From positions 1 through 57,251 of IMG/VR virus record IMGVR_UViG_3300025723_000044: a stretch of DNA of 57,251 nt; one strand, 5' to 3'. Made by a program: the position numbers and the translations under genes. The DNA comes from a virus (Duplodnaviria > Caudoviricetes). The notes below the pieces were generated by a model. It saw nothing but the letters and a program-made list of their open reading frames with translations. It was not told the DNA's origin and did no database searches. Below are positions 45,901-53,083 of the stretch, in pieces (within the stretch, counting starts at the first letter, position 1; each line of letters opens with the position of its first letter).

Positions 45901-47993
45901 GCGCTATACCCAAGGGCGTTGCTGAACAGTTGCTTAAAGAAGGCGATTACGTTCCGTTTTACCGCATTAAAGAAAACGGCCAAGCCGATCTAGTGTTTAG
46001 CTCTGCTGTGACCATCAACATTGGGGACATCCGTCATCAGCCTTATTTGCATGAACTCAAAGGCGGTGAGACCAAAATCATGCCGCTTGATGAATCCATT
46101 CAGCGCAACACCACATTAATTGTAGACAAAGGCTTAACCAACTTGGCGGTCAAGAACACCGCATATGCCATGCAAAAGTTTGGTGAAGGCCACGGGCCAG
46201 TGAACCCCATCACAGGCAAGCGCGAGAATCTGATGCCAATTCACAGGGGTCATGGCCCTGCTGATCCCAATATTATTCGCTTTAATCAAGAACCTGATCC
46301 TGCTGTCAAAGACGACACAGGCGAGCGTTGGTTAAAGATTAAGACTGACGGCACTGTGCTTGGCGGTATTCCTGCGGAGATTGTTATCCAAAGTTTGGAA
46401 GGCGCGCATTTAACTTTGCCCGCATTTCTAAAACTAGGCGGTCTTTTTGGGGATGTGTTGCGCTCTGGCGTGACGCGCTCACCGTTGTATGCTTTGCGCC
46501 AGTTGATTAAAGATCCGATGTCTATGGCCTTTACTGGCGGGTTGGACTACGGCCCACTGCGAGCTGTGCTCAAAGCAGGTACAGCGTTCATTGACATGAG
46601 TCGTGGAGACAGCAAAACAGAAGCCAAACTAATTGAAAAAGGTTTGATTCAAAGTGGAATCTTTACGGGCGATCAAAGCGATATGGCCAAGTTTGCTTTG
46701 CAATTGGCAAGCGGTAAGGATGCGAACGCGATAACCCGACTGTTTGCTATGGCCGACAGAGTGGCAATGCGCGCTGACTCTGCAACCCGTGTATTGGTTT
46801 ATGAGAATGCCATTAAGAGAGGGCTGTCCGAGACGCAAGCGGATATGTTCACAATGGAATCCATGAACTACTACAAGCGCGGTTTGTCTCCCACGTTGCA
46901 GTACGCCAACCGCATGATACCTTTCTTTAACTCGCAGATTCAGGGCTTGAACGTACTGTACAAGGCAGCGCGTGGTCAGATGCCTTACGAAGAGCAGTTA
47001 AAGATTAAACAAAAATTCATGAACAATGCCATGATGCTGATGGGCGCGGGCTTGGTTTATGGTATGGCCATGCAAGACGACGAGTACTACATGAACGCCA
47101 AGCCGAAGGATCGCTACAGCAACTTCTTCTTACACTTGCCCGGCCTTGATGAGCCAATGAAATTGCCTTTGCCTTATGAAGCAGGCTATTTCTTCTCAGC
47201 CGCAGTTGCCGCAGTGGATGCAATGGTTGGTAAAACCGATACCAAGCAACAACTCAAGGCGCTTAAAGATATGTTCTTGAACTCTGTGCCGGGCTACACT
47301 TCGGACTTTATACCGCAGATAGCCAAGCCTGCTTTTGAAGTTGCGTTCAACCACGACTTTTATACGGGCGACAATATCGAGTCCAACAGTATGCAACGCA
47401 AGAGCATCGATGAGCGCTACAACAATGCGACTACTGAGTGGGCTAAAGCCATGTCCAAAGCGATCCCTGTGTTGTCACCAATTCAAACTGACTACATAGT
47501 CAAGGGTTACTTAGGCCAGTTGCCTATTGCCGCCCTGAAAGCGGCGGATGGCTTGTTCAAACCCGCAGAGACAGGCGAGAAACCTGCTATGCGCGCGTCA
47601 GACTTGCCTATCATTGGCGGGCAGTTCCAACGCAAATATGGCGGTGCAGAGACCGATGTCGTATATGGGCTGGCCAAACAAGCTACTGAAGCGTCTGACT
47701 CCTACAAGAGTCTACTAAAACAAGGCCGAAGAGATGACGCCAAAGAGTATCTTGAAAATCATCGCGGGGAGATTTACGCGGCGGGCGCTTCAAGAAGGTT
47801 TGAAAAAGTCATGGGCGCATTGCGTCTTCAAGAAGATATTGCTCGCTCCAATAAAAACATGACGCCTGATGAGAAGCGTGCAAAGCTCGATAGCTTGGAT
47901 GCGTTAAAGCAAAAAGAAGCAAACTTGTTTATGAAAGCTATTAAGGACGCAGAGGCCCGCGGTGAAAAAGCACCCCAATTAGCCCTGCCCTAA
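39972..47993 (+). CDS. Large polyvalent virion protein (2673 aa): coiled coil, zincin-like MPTase motif, C-terminal LPD38-like domain
   Basis: GLYDP...VYLIA...VLHEIAGHHGL at ~44916; IPFFNSQIQG, LPLPYE, KPAFEVAFNHDFYTG. Confidence 0.85.
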   Translation: MAEQQYVQLPDNSYYPLSKGESAAQAYAVAMQKYPEAFATKAVEAEKPKADTGLLSELGAGFRGGAGSALSGLGELTGLEGLRAYGEKQKAKAAETPEAEGILGDVARGAGSMAGRFGAPVLAGIGATALLPEAIASAPIVGALTAGRLAGAAGFAAVDAPTNIGEHLQAQKAAGQEPNIAKAIAVGVGQTALNLLGGEVISSPMRSILGKTAAEQASAFVPDILAGKMTAEEASKQVGGFLRNFLQGTAQNAAVGTGLMAGSEAMTRAGLGQDVTSPQAIEQYMGAGKSALEMAPLFGAFHAYGARGQARGILGQAEEARQVGESQKAAQAASLEAQRVADEEAKAEAHRQTPAYAIDIGKQYDEALAKRDEMLAGLVKPEKSADPATRAQYVADLQAVREHTKNTLMPLVPEYNRTRALRKQELDKQQAEAEAQKQADALKEQQRQAAIEQQAAGMPQDAQTLAYHQETQGTLPGIEPAPKAPAPPKAGPTPAELYAHLQYLQRLKDDHQAQEREIGVSGDLDAFEEFSKQTNAVNKAYADTEKALKDAGGFNENEPHPALAAHDAYNKAYDEFHAKSNMGSEEGYDRDKALKLLPKVKAAKAHLDAIVAEHGEAPEAVQQRFDFGPEDRTNYLEPRAEFAARVYKPGAPEAEAQEQAFIEEARRRDDEENARLAKVNPEISALGAMGLRKNPELRAANELENARILKGMPERQAKLAGAEQQDLFGTGNVLNEPKELPKKTRPEDRLYRQLERAFAEDPSRWLPEQRRLLERVSENLDVIELSPKRMEMVSDWLYHIDHNRSMEKLATKEGLKYVKREDFRAKELTAELDRMEEGKRSETEGGKTAVQGELKLGETTEAKGRLFNTPQEFQAYLAGDALNDMRRSMGLVHQTMSRISQRVAPMQARAESLLKQVTGLQTQYEKLKEAKGTEIADANKMVLDAKKRQSALTQRLDEELKDLQAAYIKAKTEFDFAVQTSHDISKNFAANEIGELADKVVAAKAAMMQAMKKPATKSNWDAMRAEQAKVVAAVREHRNYLNRMHRDPEGFLNRDLDFQLQLQHELDSMGALQHNLTAAKFDLDMAVEKQQRSRKNKAEAKASATELETAEKIKAEAVAANEARDKEAAEIIEQIKSLDDRRRNLQRVVDEHLGRSKAVASERAGPALVESQAERELKDGAARIKEQQSLERLEALPGEEISFEPRRKVLDKLNITPDHLEALDESIKDADQVVKHIEALNVKRRVEIEEKQKQKAGTKDTTVKEEIEKDIAKRQEGIVKGNEDIQKIEKIKEDLHAEIVNKTADVTKYNELLSNDPEIANAALKIVHDRIPKVLKLIETVQSRLKETDVKPSVKASRVRDLRNYKKELAELEAKANLMRGIERRPVGGSKEMLKTEAVEAGTRLPSRVIGPVVKPVVTAGNIRTGEGTTVSERKLPPKNKATQAGEKRGLTSTQAQRGANKDIEKGLFKNVEKTPQEPVSGKYTAEQRPKIAPKKKTNNDLLLEHDALTDEIAENERKLHQAEMDDDNEAATKYEALGVELEKKLEQVEEQMDQHKPTVLRTSTKQGAGMKAETIKNMVDRMTHEWEKMPDVEIVDTEKDLPEHIRNQLTKDEKTGLVPGLYDPTTKKVYLIASNLHDQQDVVLTVLHEIAGHHGLRELLGDTYESTMNKMYEGNKALREKVDARMKAEPKLSREIAVEETLADMAEEAPRANERGQNVFRRIGYAIKQWIAKMFGITHVSDEEVLQLVANARRYVKKGLGAAGGESGFRHFLYRTTPEYGAKTPLTEFTNKVVAQPKTWREKLGNFAWLQAEMNNVDMRAGVREALRLGAKATGDSRSYEQAMYNITKADQKSSFTRSVLLNGGPILYTDEKGFRGVKAAGGVTYMDIMKPISDIPGGNARGKIDQATAYFIAVRAGNKGLAKLDLGALGVTEAELKAVKDTVDADPRLKAALEKSRSAYNEYNKNLINWLASTGAIPKGVAEQLLKEGDYVPFYRIKENGQADLVFSSAVTINIGDIRHQPYLHELKGGETKIMPLDESIQRNTTLIVDKGLTNLAVKNTAYAMQKFGEGHGPVNPITGKRENLMPIHRGHGPADPNIIRFNQEPDPAVKDDTGERWLKIKTDGTVLGGIPAEIVIQSLEGAHLTLPAFLKLGGLFGDVLRSGVTRSPLYALRQLIKDPMSMAFTGGLDYGPLRAVLKAGTAFIDMSRGDSKTEAKLIEKGLIQSGIFTGDQSDMAKFALQLASGKDANAITRLFAMADRVAMRADSATRVLVYENAIKRGLSETQADMFTMESMNYYKRGLSPTLQYANRMIPFFNSQIQGLNVLYKAARGQMPYEEQLKIKQKFMNNAMMLMGAGLVYGMAMQDDEYYMNAKPKDRYSNFFLHLPGLDEPMKLPLPYEAGYFFSAAVAAVDAMVGKTDTKQQLKALKDMFLNSVPGYTSDFIPQIAKPAFEVAFNHDFYTGDNIESNSMQRKSIDERYNNATTEWAKAMSKAIPVLSPIQTDYIVKGYLGQLPIAALKAADGLFKPAETGEKPAMRASDLPIIGGQFQRKYGGAETDVVYGLAKQATEASDSYKSLLKQGRRDDAKEYLENHRGEIYAAGASRRFEKVMGALRLQEDIARSNKNMTPDEKRAKLDSLDALKQKEANLFMKAIKDAEARGEKAPQLALP

Positions 47994-48129
47994 TACCGAC
48001 AGTGGCCTTGGCATCGAACAGCCTGTAGTGCAAAGCGGATTGGAGACCGTTAGTTTTAACGGTCTCCACATCTAGGCAAGGGATAAAAAATCCCTGCCCT
48101 TTCTTAAGATGCTTCCACGGAAGGCGCAT
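47941..48129 (-). CDS. Small hypothetical, possibly DNA-binding, protein
   Basis: LPWKHLKKGQGFFIPC motif; overlaps the primase 3' end. Confidence 0.65.
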   Translation of the reverse strand: MRLPWKHLKKGQGFFIPCLDVETVKTNGLQSALHYRLFDAKATVGIRAGLIGVLFHRGPLRP

Positions 48130-51040
48130 CGTCTTCTTCTCTTCTTGAGATTTTCATAACTGCCACACGCATTTGCGGGCCATTGGTCTTGGACATCAAG
48201 TCCTTCTTGGGGAGATACGCCACAGAGTACTGGCGCTCCATCTGCTTCTTAAAGTCCGCGTAACCAAAGCTCATGGAAGAACAGAATGATCGGAGCAAGC
48301 GCTCTTCAATATAGAAGTCCTTGCACCCTGCGGTAATGCCGTTTTCCACACGCCCCATCACGCTAGACTTGGTGGTTGATCTGTCGATTGCAGAACCATC
48401 CCCCATATACGATGCGGCTTTCTCTCCATAGTTAACAACCACAAACTTACCCCAAAACTCCCTGATGAAGCCGTTGAGCACATCCTCGGCTGTTCGCTTA
48501 TTGCCTTTGATGTTAGCGCGCATATATTCAATGCGCTTGTGTAAAGAGTTGATGATCGCATCCATTGGAAACTCTGCGATGCCCGCGTGCTTAGTGTTCA
48601 TAGTAATACCCGCCGCAATGATTGTCCCAATACCCGCCATCCAAAAGCGCTCGTCGTTTGATGCTTTGAACTCCACGTACATATTACGCACACACTCTGG
48701 TACCAGCTTGGCTAAATAGGGCGTATTGTCCACCATGTACTGCACAAGCGCATCCCCTGCCACAGCGTAATTGTTGGCTAAAGACTTAAGTATCTCGATC
48801 TCTGACGGCTCCCAAGTCAGCTCTTCATCCATCACAAACTCGATTAAACGCCGTAATTCACCTTCAGCCGAGTGTTTTCTCTCGCCCGTCAGCTTGTCCA
48901 CAATGTGCGTGTTTGAGGACATGATCGCATTGGTCATCCATGTGGACAAGTTGATGCGCTCTTTATTCGAGCCCGACTCCATGCGCTCTTTACCACGGCC
49001 TTCAGTCATGTCCAATAAAAACTCAGGAAACCATTCAAAGTCATTTCTGTTCTTGGAAGTAATCTCGTCTGTTATCAATGGGCAATTGTTGAGTAGTCCA
49101 AGTCGCTGTTGCATGGCCACGGGAGAAGTCCCTTTACCTGTACGATAGTGCACAGGGTGACCCCAAATAGAAGCCGCGCCTTCAAGAGCAAGTGACTTAC
49201 CTGTCCCCGACTCAGTGCTTCCGCAATGATACGTAAGACCATAAAACCCCGTAAACCGCATGAGGGGAGCGCCTGCACCCGCAAGAATGACCGCAAGGTG
49301 GTCATACATTTTCTTTCGTATAAAGAGGTTAATAACTTCACGCCAGTTCTCTAGCGTGCCTGTGGGTTGTGTATTGGCTACGATATTCTCTAAGCCGGGC
49401 ATGGGCACGGGTACTGGCTCGCTGTCCTTAGAATATATCTTACCTGCAAACACAAAACTTTCATCAGCTTGCCAACCATAGCTTGATGGAACATCGATGG
49501 GGGATTTTTCTGTACTCATTTTTTCTACGCACGCCCTTATGTAAGCCGCTAAATTGTTATCGTTACCTGCACCAAAAGCGGCCACAATGTTTTGGCTCGC
49601 CAATGATTTGACTGTCTCATCCTTGCTTACCACCGCCTTCTGCGGTAGTGTGACTGTCTGCGCGCCATTGGTACGCAAGGCAAGCATATGGACTGTGTGT
49701 TCGCCTGCGTTATGCAAGATGTCTACGGGAAACAAGTCGTACGGCAGTATCATCACTTGTCTCACCATTTTGTTGCCGTGTGCATCTTCGTCTTCTTTTT
49801 CCATGAACACGCCACCCCTAACGCCATACGCGTAGCCTCTTGGGGTTTCGGGTCTCTGTACTTTGGTTGTCTCCTCTTTACCATTTGTTACCGCGGTGAG
49901 TTCAATTGTTTTCTCAGTGGTGGTCACCGCTGTGGATCGCCCCAAGATTAAGGGGTTGGTGATCTTACCCCAGTGAATACAACTTGGACATACCCCCGGG
50001 TTTTCACCATCTAACTTAGTGCATGGATATGGGCCTTTGATTTGGCTTAACTTCTCGTGCATTCTGTCGTGTGAGTACGGGTGCATATCACTCAACCAGA
50101 TTGCTGCCCTTGCGCCATCATCACACTTCTGTGCAAGACTTAACAAACCACGCCACAAAGGTTCCATGCCATCATCACTAGCGTTGTTAACATAATGGTC
50201 GAGTTGATTACACCCGCCACCCTGCGCAGTCAGCTTAATGATTTTGCCAAACTTAGTGCTTGAGTTCTCAAAGAGTTTGACACTGGTCGCCCCCACGGGA
50301 GCAACGCCAGGCAGTACCAACGAGGTGCTCGGCTTTGTCTTGGGCAAAGTTTCATACGCCGTGCCTACTAGCTTTTGGGTTATCAGCGCCCTGAAGTCTT
50401 CAAAGTCAAAGAAGTCGCCCTCGTTCTTGAAACGCACGTTAGTCACCTCTCGTACGCGCTTGTCACCCTTGACGCCGTTGTTGAGCGTATCAGGCACACG
50501 CAGTACACGAGACGCATCTCCCGTCACCGTTGGATCAATGGCTAGCTTGTGTTGAAAGCACAAGCGCTTGAAGCCTTGGGCTACGGGTTCCCACTCTGAT
50601 TTGGGCACAGCTTCTTTCAAAGGCCAGTAAGCGTGAACGCCACCGCCCGATGCCACTAGCCAAGGGCTACCCATGTCACTCAGCCCAATCACATCGCAAA
50701 AATCAATGATTGCTTTAGCCGCCGCTTGCGCATTGGGGTAAGCCTTCTCTTTGATAATGCCCTGCTCGTTGGGCAAGTCCTTGGGATGATTACAGTCTAC
50801 GTCAATGGCAACACACTTGACCATTTGTACATTAGTTTGAACGCGTTTCTTCTCGCTACCAAATGTACCAAGGGCAAAGTAAATGTCGTAGTTGCGGTTT
50901 TTCCATGTGTCCAGTTTTTCTTGCGCTTCTTCTAATGTGTCAACATAGAAGTGTTCTTTTTTCTTGGTGAGTTCTACCACGCAATAGCGTCCGTTACCCG
51001 GTGGCGGTAGAACCGCCGCCATAAACTCTAGCGGTTCCAT
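48104..51040 (-). CDS. Primase-helicase (AEP/RepB-like primase, PriCT-like region, DUF927, P-loop helicase)
   Basis: AIDVD, SGGGVHAYW, DASRVLRVP; CxxC cluster; Walker A ESGTGKS; LITDE. Confidence 0.85.
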   Translation of the reverse strand: MEPLEFMAAVLPPPGNGRYCVVELTKKKEHFYVDTLEEAQEKLDTWKNRNYDIYFALGTFGSEKKRVQTNVQMVKCVAIDVDCNHPKDLPNEQGIIKEKAYPNAQAAAKAIIDFCDVIGLSDMGSPWLVASGGGVHAYWPLKEAVPKSEWEPVAQGFKRLCFQHKLAIDPTVTGDASRVLRVPDTLNNGVKGDKRVREVTNVRFKNEGDFFDFEDFRALITQKLVGTAYETLPKTKPSTSLVLPGVAPVGATSVKLFENSSTKFGKIIKLTAQGGGCNQLDHYVNNASDDGMEPLWRGLLSLAQKCDDGARAAIWLSDMHPYSHDRMHEKLSQIKGPYPCTKLDGENPGVCPSCIHWGKITNPLILGRSTAVTTTEKTIELTAVTNGKEETTKVQRPETPRGYAYGVRGGVFMEKEDEDAHGNKMVRQVMILPYDLFPVDILHNAGEHTVHMLALRTNGAQTVTLPQKAVVSKDETVKSLASQNIVAAFGAGNDNNLAAYIRACVEKMSTEKSPIDVPSSYGWQADESFVFAGKIYSKDSEPVPVPMPGLENIVANTQPTGTLENWREVINLFIRKKMYDHLAVILAGAGAPLMRFTGFYGLTYHCGSTESGTGKSLALEGAASIWGHPVHYRTGKGTSPVAMQQRLGLLNNCPLITDEITSKNRNDFEWFPEFLLDMTEGRGKERMESGSNKERINLSTWMTNAIMSSNTHIVDKLTGERKHSAEGELRRLIEFVMDEELTWEPSEIEILKSLANNYAVAGDALVQYMVDNTPYLAKLVPECVRNMYVEFKASNDERFWMAGIGTIIAAGITMNTKHAGIAEFPMDAIINSLHKRIEYMRANIKGNKRTAEDVLNGFIREFWGKFVVVNYGEKAASYMGDGSAIDRSTTKSSVMGRVENGITAGCKDFYIEERLLRSFCSSMSFGYADFKKQMERQYSVAYLPKKDLMSKTNGPQMRVAVMKISRREEDDAPSVEAS

Positions 51041-51055
51041 TCATTTCCTTTGGGG

Positions 51056-51241
51056 TTATTTGAAAAGGTCTAGCTGACCTTCTTGGGGATAAGGCACTGC
51101 TTGCTGTACATCCGCTTGAATAAAGCGTTTGAGTAGCTCTTCTTGGTAGTTGACGGGCATACCATTGGGCGAGTGCAACAGGCTTTCTCCGTGCCTGATT
51201 AGTTCTTGGTTACTGAGGGATCGAGGTTGTATTCCTGACAT
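51056..51241 (-). CDS. Small hypothetical protein (start MSGIQPRSL)
   Basis: GGAG RBS; C-terminal QLDLF resembles a beta-clamp-binding motif. Confidence 0.65.
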   Translation of the reverse strand: MSGIQPRSLSNQELIRHGESLLHSPNGMPVNYQEELLKRFIQADVQQAVPYPQEGQLDLFK

Positions 51242-51492
51242 ATTCTTCTCCATGCTTCGTCTGCTGTTTTTGAGCTAGACATAATTTTTGTTAAAAGTTC
51301 TACCCTGTTTTGATACGCAACAAAGACATCCTTACCTTCAAACCAGTTGTACACAGTTTGTCGGGTGACTCCAAGCACATATGCAATTTTTGTAACAGGA
51401 AAGTCCAAATGAATAGCCCAACGCCCAAGAGTACTCCCAAGAGTTTTAGGCGACTGGGCTACAAGATTTACAATTTTGTCTGAGTACGGCAT
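51199..51492 (-). CDS. Cro/XRE-like HTH regulator
   Basis: VTKIAYVLGVTRQTVYNWFEG. Confidence 0.8.
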   Translation of the reverse strand: MPYSDKIVNLVAQSPKTLGSTLGRWAIHLDFPVTKIAYVLGVTRQTVYNWFEGKDVFVAYQNRVELLTKIMSSSKTADEAWRRICQEYNLDPSVTKN

Positions 51493-51509
51493 TGTTCTAC
51501 TTTAAAGGC

Positions 51510-51635
51510 GGGGGTAACGTGGTCATCAAACCAGAGGAAACGCAATCGTGGATGTGTGAGCGAAAGGTTAACGAGATGCAAAAATTCAAAGAAAAACACC
51601 CCGACCCACGCATTGCGACCGCTCCTGTTACCCCC
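51510..51635. ncRNA. Candidate structured intergenic RNA
   Basis: Nested stems GGGGGTAAC/GTTACCCCC and CGCAATCGTGG/CCACG-C-ATTGCG. Confidence 0.4.
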
Positions 51636-51644
51636 TAAACTTAT

Positions 51645-52589
51645 TTACTCATCGTCCCAATCAGACACGATGTCCGCGAGCTTGCTCTTCTTTGCAGGCA
51701 CAGCGCTTGGCTTGGCCGTTTCCTTGCGGACTTCAGGCTCTTCGTCAGCTTCAGCAGTGGGCTCAACACGGGGTTTCTTCGCGGCCTTGGGCACGGGTAG
51801 TTCCTCGGCTTCAGCTTCAACGACAAGCGGTGTACCTGCAAGCGCTAGAGGTTTGCCCTTCACGCCATCAGCTTGGGCAACAGTCATGTTGACTGCGGCT
51901 TCAGCTTCCTTGGTGTTGCCCTTGGCTTTGCCCAACTCATACTCAACCTGAGTCAACCAACGCGTTGGGGAGAACAACAACTTGGGACTCTCGGCTTTGG
52001 TGTCGAACTTCATGCGAGTGACAACCATCTCCACGTTGACGGGTGGGGATGCCAATGCCAAGTGGCGAACATACGCTTGGAGCGCACGCTTGTCGCCGTC
52101 TTCCTTACCGAAGATCGATGTGGCGGGCAGAGTTAACTGCAACACATCATCGGGATTATCGGCAAGCACTACAGCCAAGCGCTGTTGGTAACGGCAAGCA
52201 CGGCTATTACCCTGCCCCGATCCGGCTACGTTGTTCTTACAAGTCATGCAAGACACGGCTTGCTTTGCGCTTGCTGTTGCGTCAGGTGTCTCACCATCGT
52301 TAGACCAACAATCGGGGCCTGTGATATTTTCCGCATCGTAAGACTTGGCATAGTACACACGGCTCACCTTTGGGGCGGCTTTGATAATGATGACATCGAG
52401 GTGGCGCTCATCGATAGAGGCCATCTCCTTACCACCTGCAACTAAGCGAAAGACTCCACCCTTGATCGAGATGCGCTTCGTGGTATTACCCAAAGCACCG
52501 CCCAGTAGGGCGCGTGAAGTTTCAGATAGCTCGCCTGATTGAGCGAACGCGGGGGCTTGGGAGGGGTTGAAAAGAGCTACATTGCTCAT
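51645..52589 (-). CDS. Putative ssDNA-binding/recombination protein
   Basis: RISIKGGVF, PDCWSNDG, C..C, RACR; acidic tail ending DWDDE. Confidence 0.7.
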   Translation of the reverse strand: MSNVALFNPSQAPAFAQSGELSETSRALLGGALGNTTKRISIKGGVFRLVAGGKEMASIDERHLDVIIIKAAPKVSRVYYAKSYDAENITGPDCWSNDGETPDATASAKQAVSCMTCKNNVAGSGQGNSRACRYQQRLAVVLADNPDDVLQLTLPATSIFGKEDGDKRALQAYVRHLALASPPVNVEMVVTRMKFDTKAESPKLLFSPTRWLTQVEYELGKAKGNTKEAEAAVNMTVAQADGVKGKPLALAGTPLVVEAEAEELPVPKAAKKPRVEPTAEADEEPEVRKETAKPSAVPAKKSKLADIVSDWDDE

Positions 52590-52598
52590 GGTGTTTCC

Positions 52599-53009
52599 TT
52601 AGTTGGTGGGTTTAGTTACGCGTATCTCAAACTCTGACATAGAGTTCAAGCCCGGGGGAACGAGACCCGGGTTCTCGTCGATAAACTTGGCCATGTTAGC
52701 CTGTGCGATGCGCTTCTCAAGCAAGTCCACGACTTCATGCTCAACGACAAAGCGTTTGAATGAGTCCCAGTCCTGTGTTGAATAGCGCGTCTTGGTCACA
52801 AGGCTTACTGTACCAAAGCTCGTCTTAACAGATGTCTGCCCGTTGGCTTTCATCTGATCCTTTAGCGCAAACTTGATTTGCTCTTGCTGTGCTTTGAGTT
52901 CTTCAAGTTGCGTATCATACGCCTGTGTAAGCGTATCCATGTGTTCTTTTATCTTGCGATAAATCTTGGTCAGTTTGTCGAAAGGTACTTCACTTAAATC
53001 AGTTTCCAT
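52599..53009 (-). CDS. Coiled-coil replication-module protein (Gam/gp157-like architecture)
   Basis: N-terminal coiled coil, SVKTSFGTV, DWDSF, VPPGL. Confidence 0.7.
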   Translation of the reverse strand: METDLSEVPFDKLTKIYRKIKEHMDTLTQAYDTQLEELKAQQEQIKFALKDQMKANGQTSVKTSFGTVSLVTKTRYSTQDWDSFKRFVVEHEVVDLLEKRIAQANMAKFIDENPGLVPPGLNSMSEFEIRVTKPTN

Positions 53010-53030
53010 TTACTTCTCCGTTTGTTGTTA

Positions 53031-53076
53031 TTGTCAAGTGTTAGACATTGTATATTAAATTTTTGCTACATGGCAA
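53031..53076 (-). promoter_or_regulatory. Promoter with overlapping 18-bp operator-like site
   Basis: Minus TTGCCA-18 bp-TACAAT; TTGTCAAGTGTTAGACAT (53031-53048) over the start site. Confidence 0.65.
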
Positions 53077-53083
53077 CCCCTTT

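Noticed and set aside
39972-47993. N4-like virion RNA polymerase
   Set aside because: No recognisable T7-type or DxDGD polymerase motifs; C-terminus fits LPD38. Only a structure search could fully exclude it.
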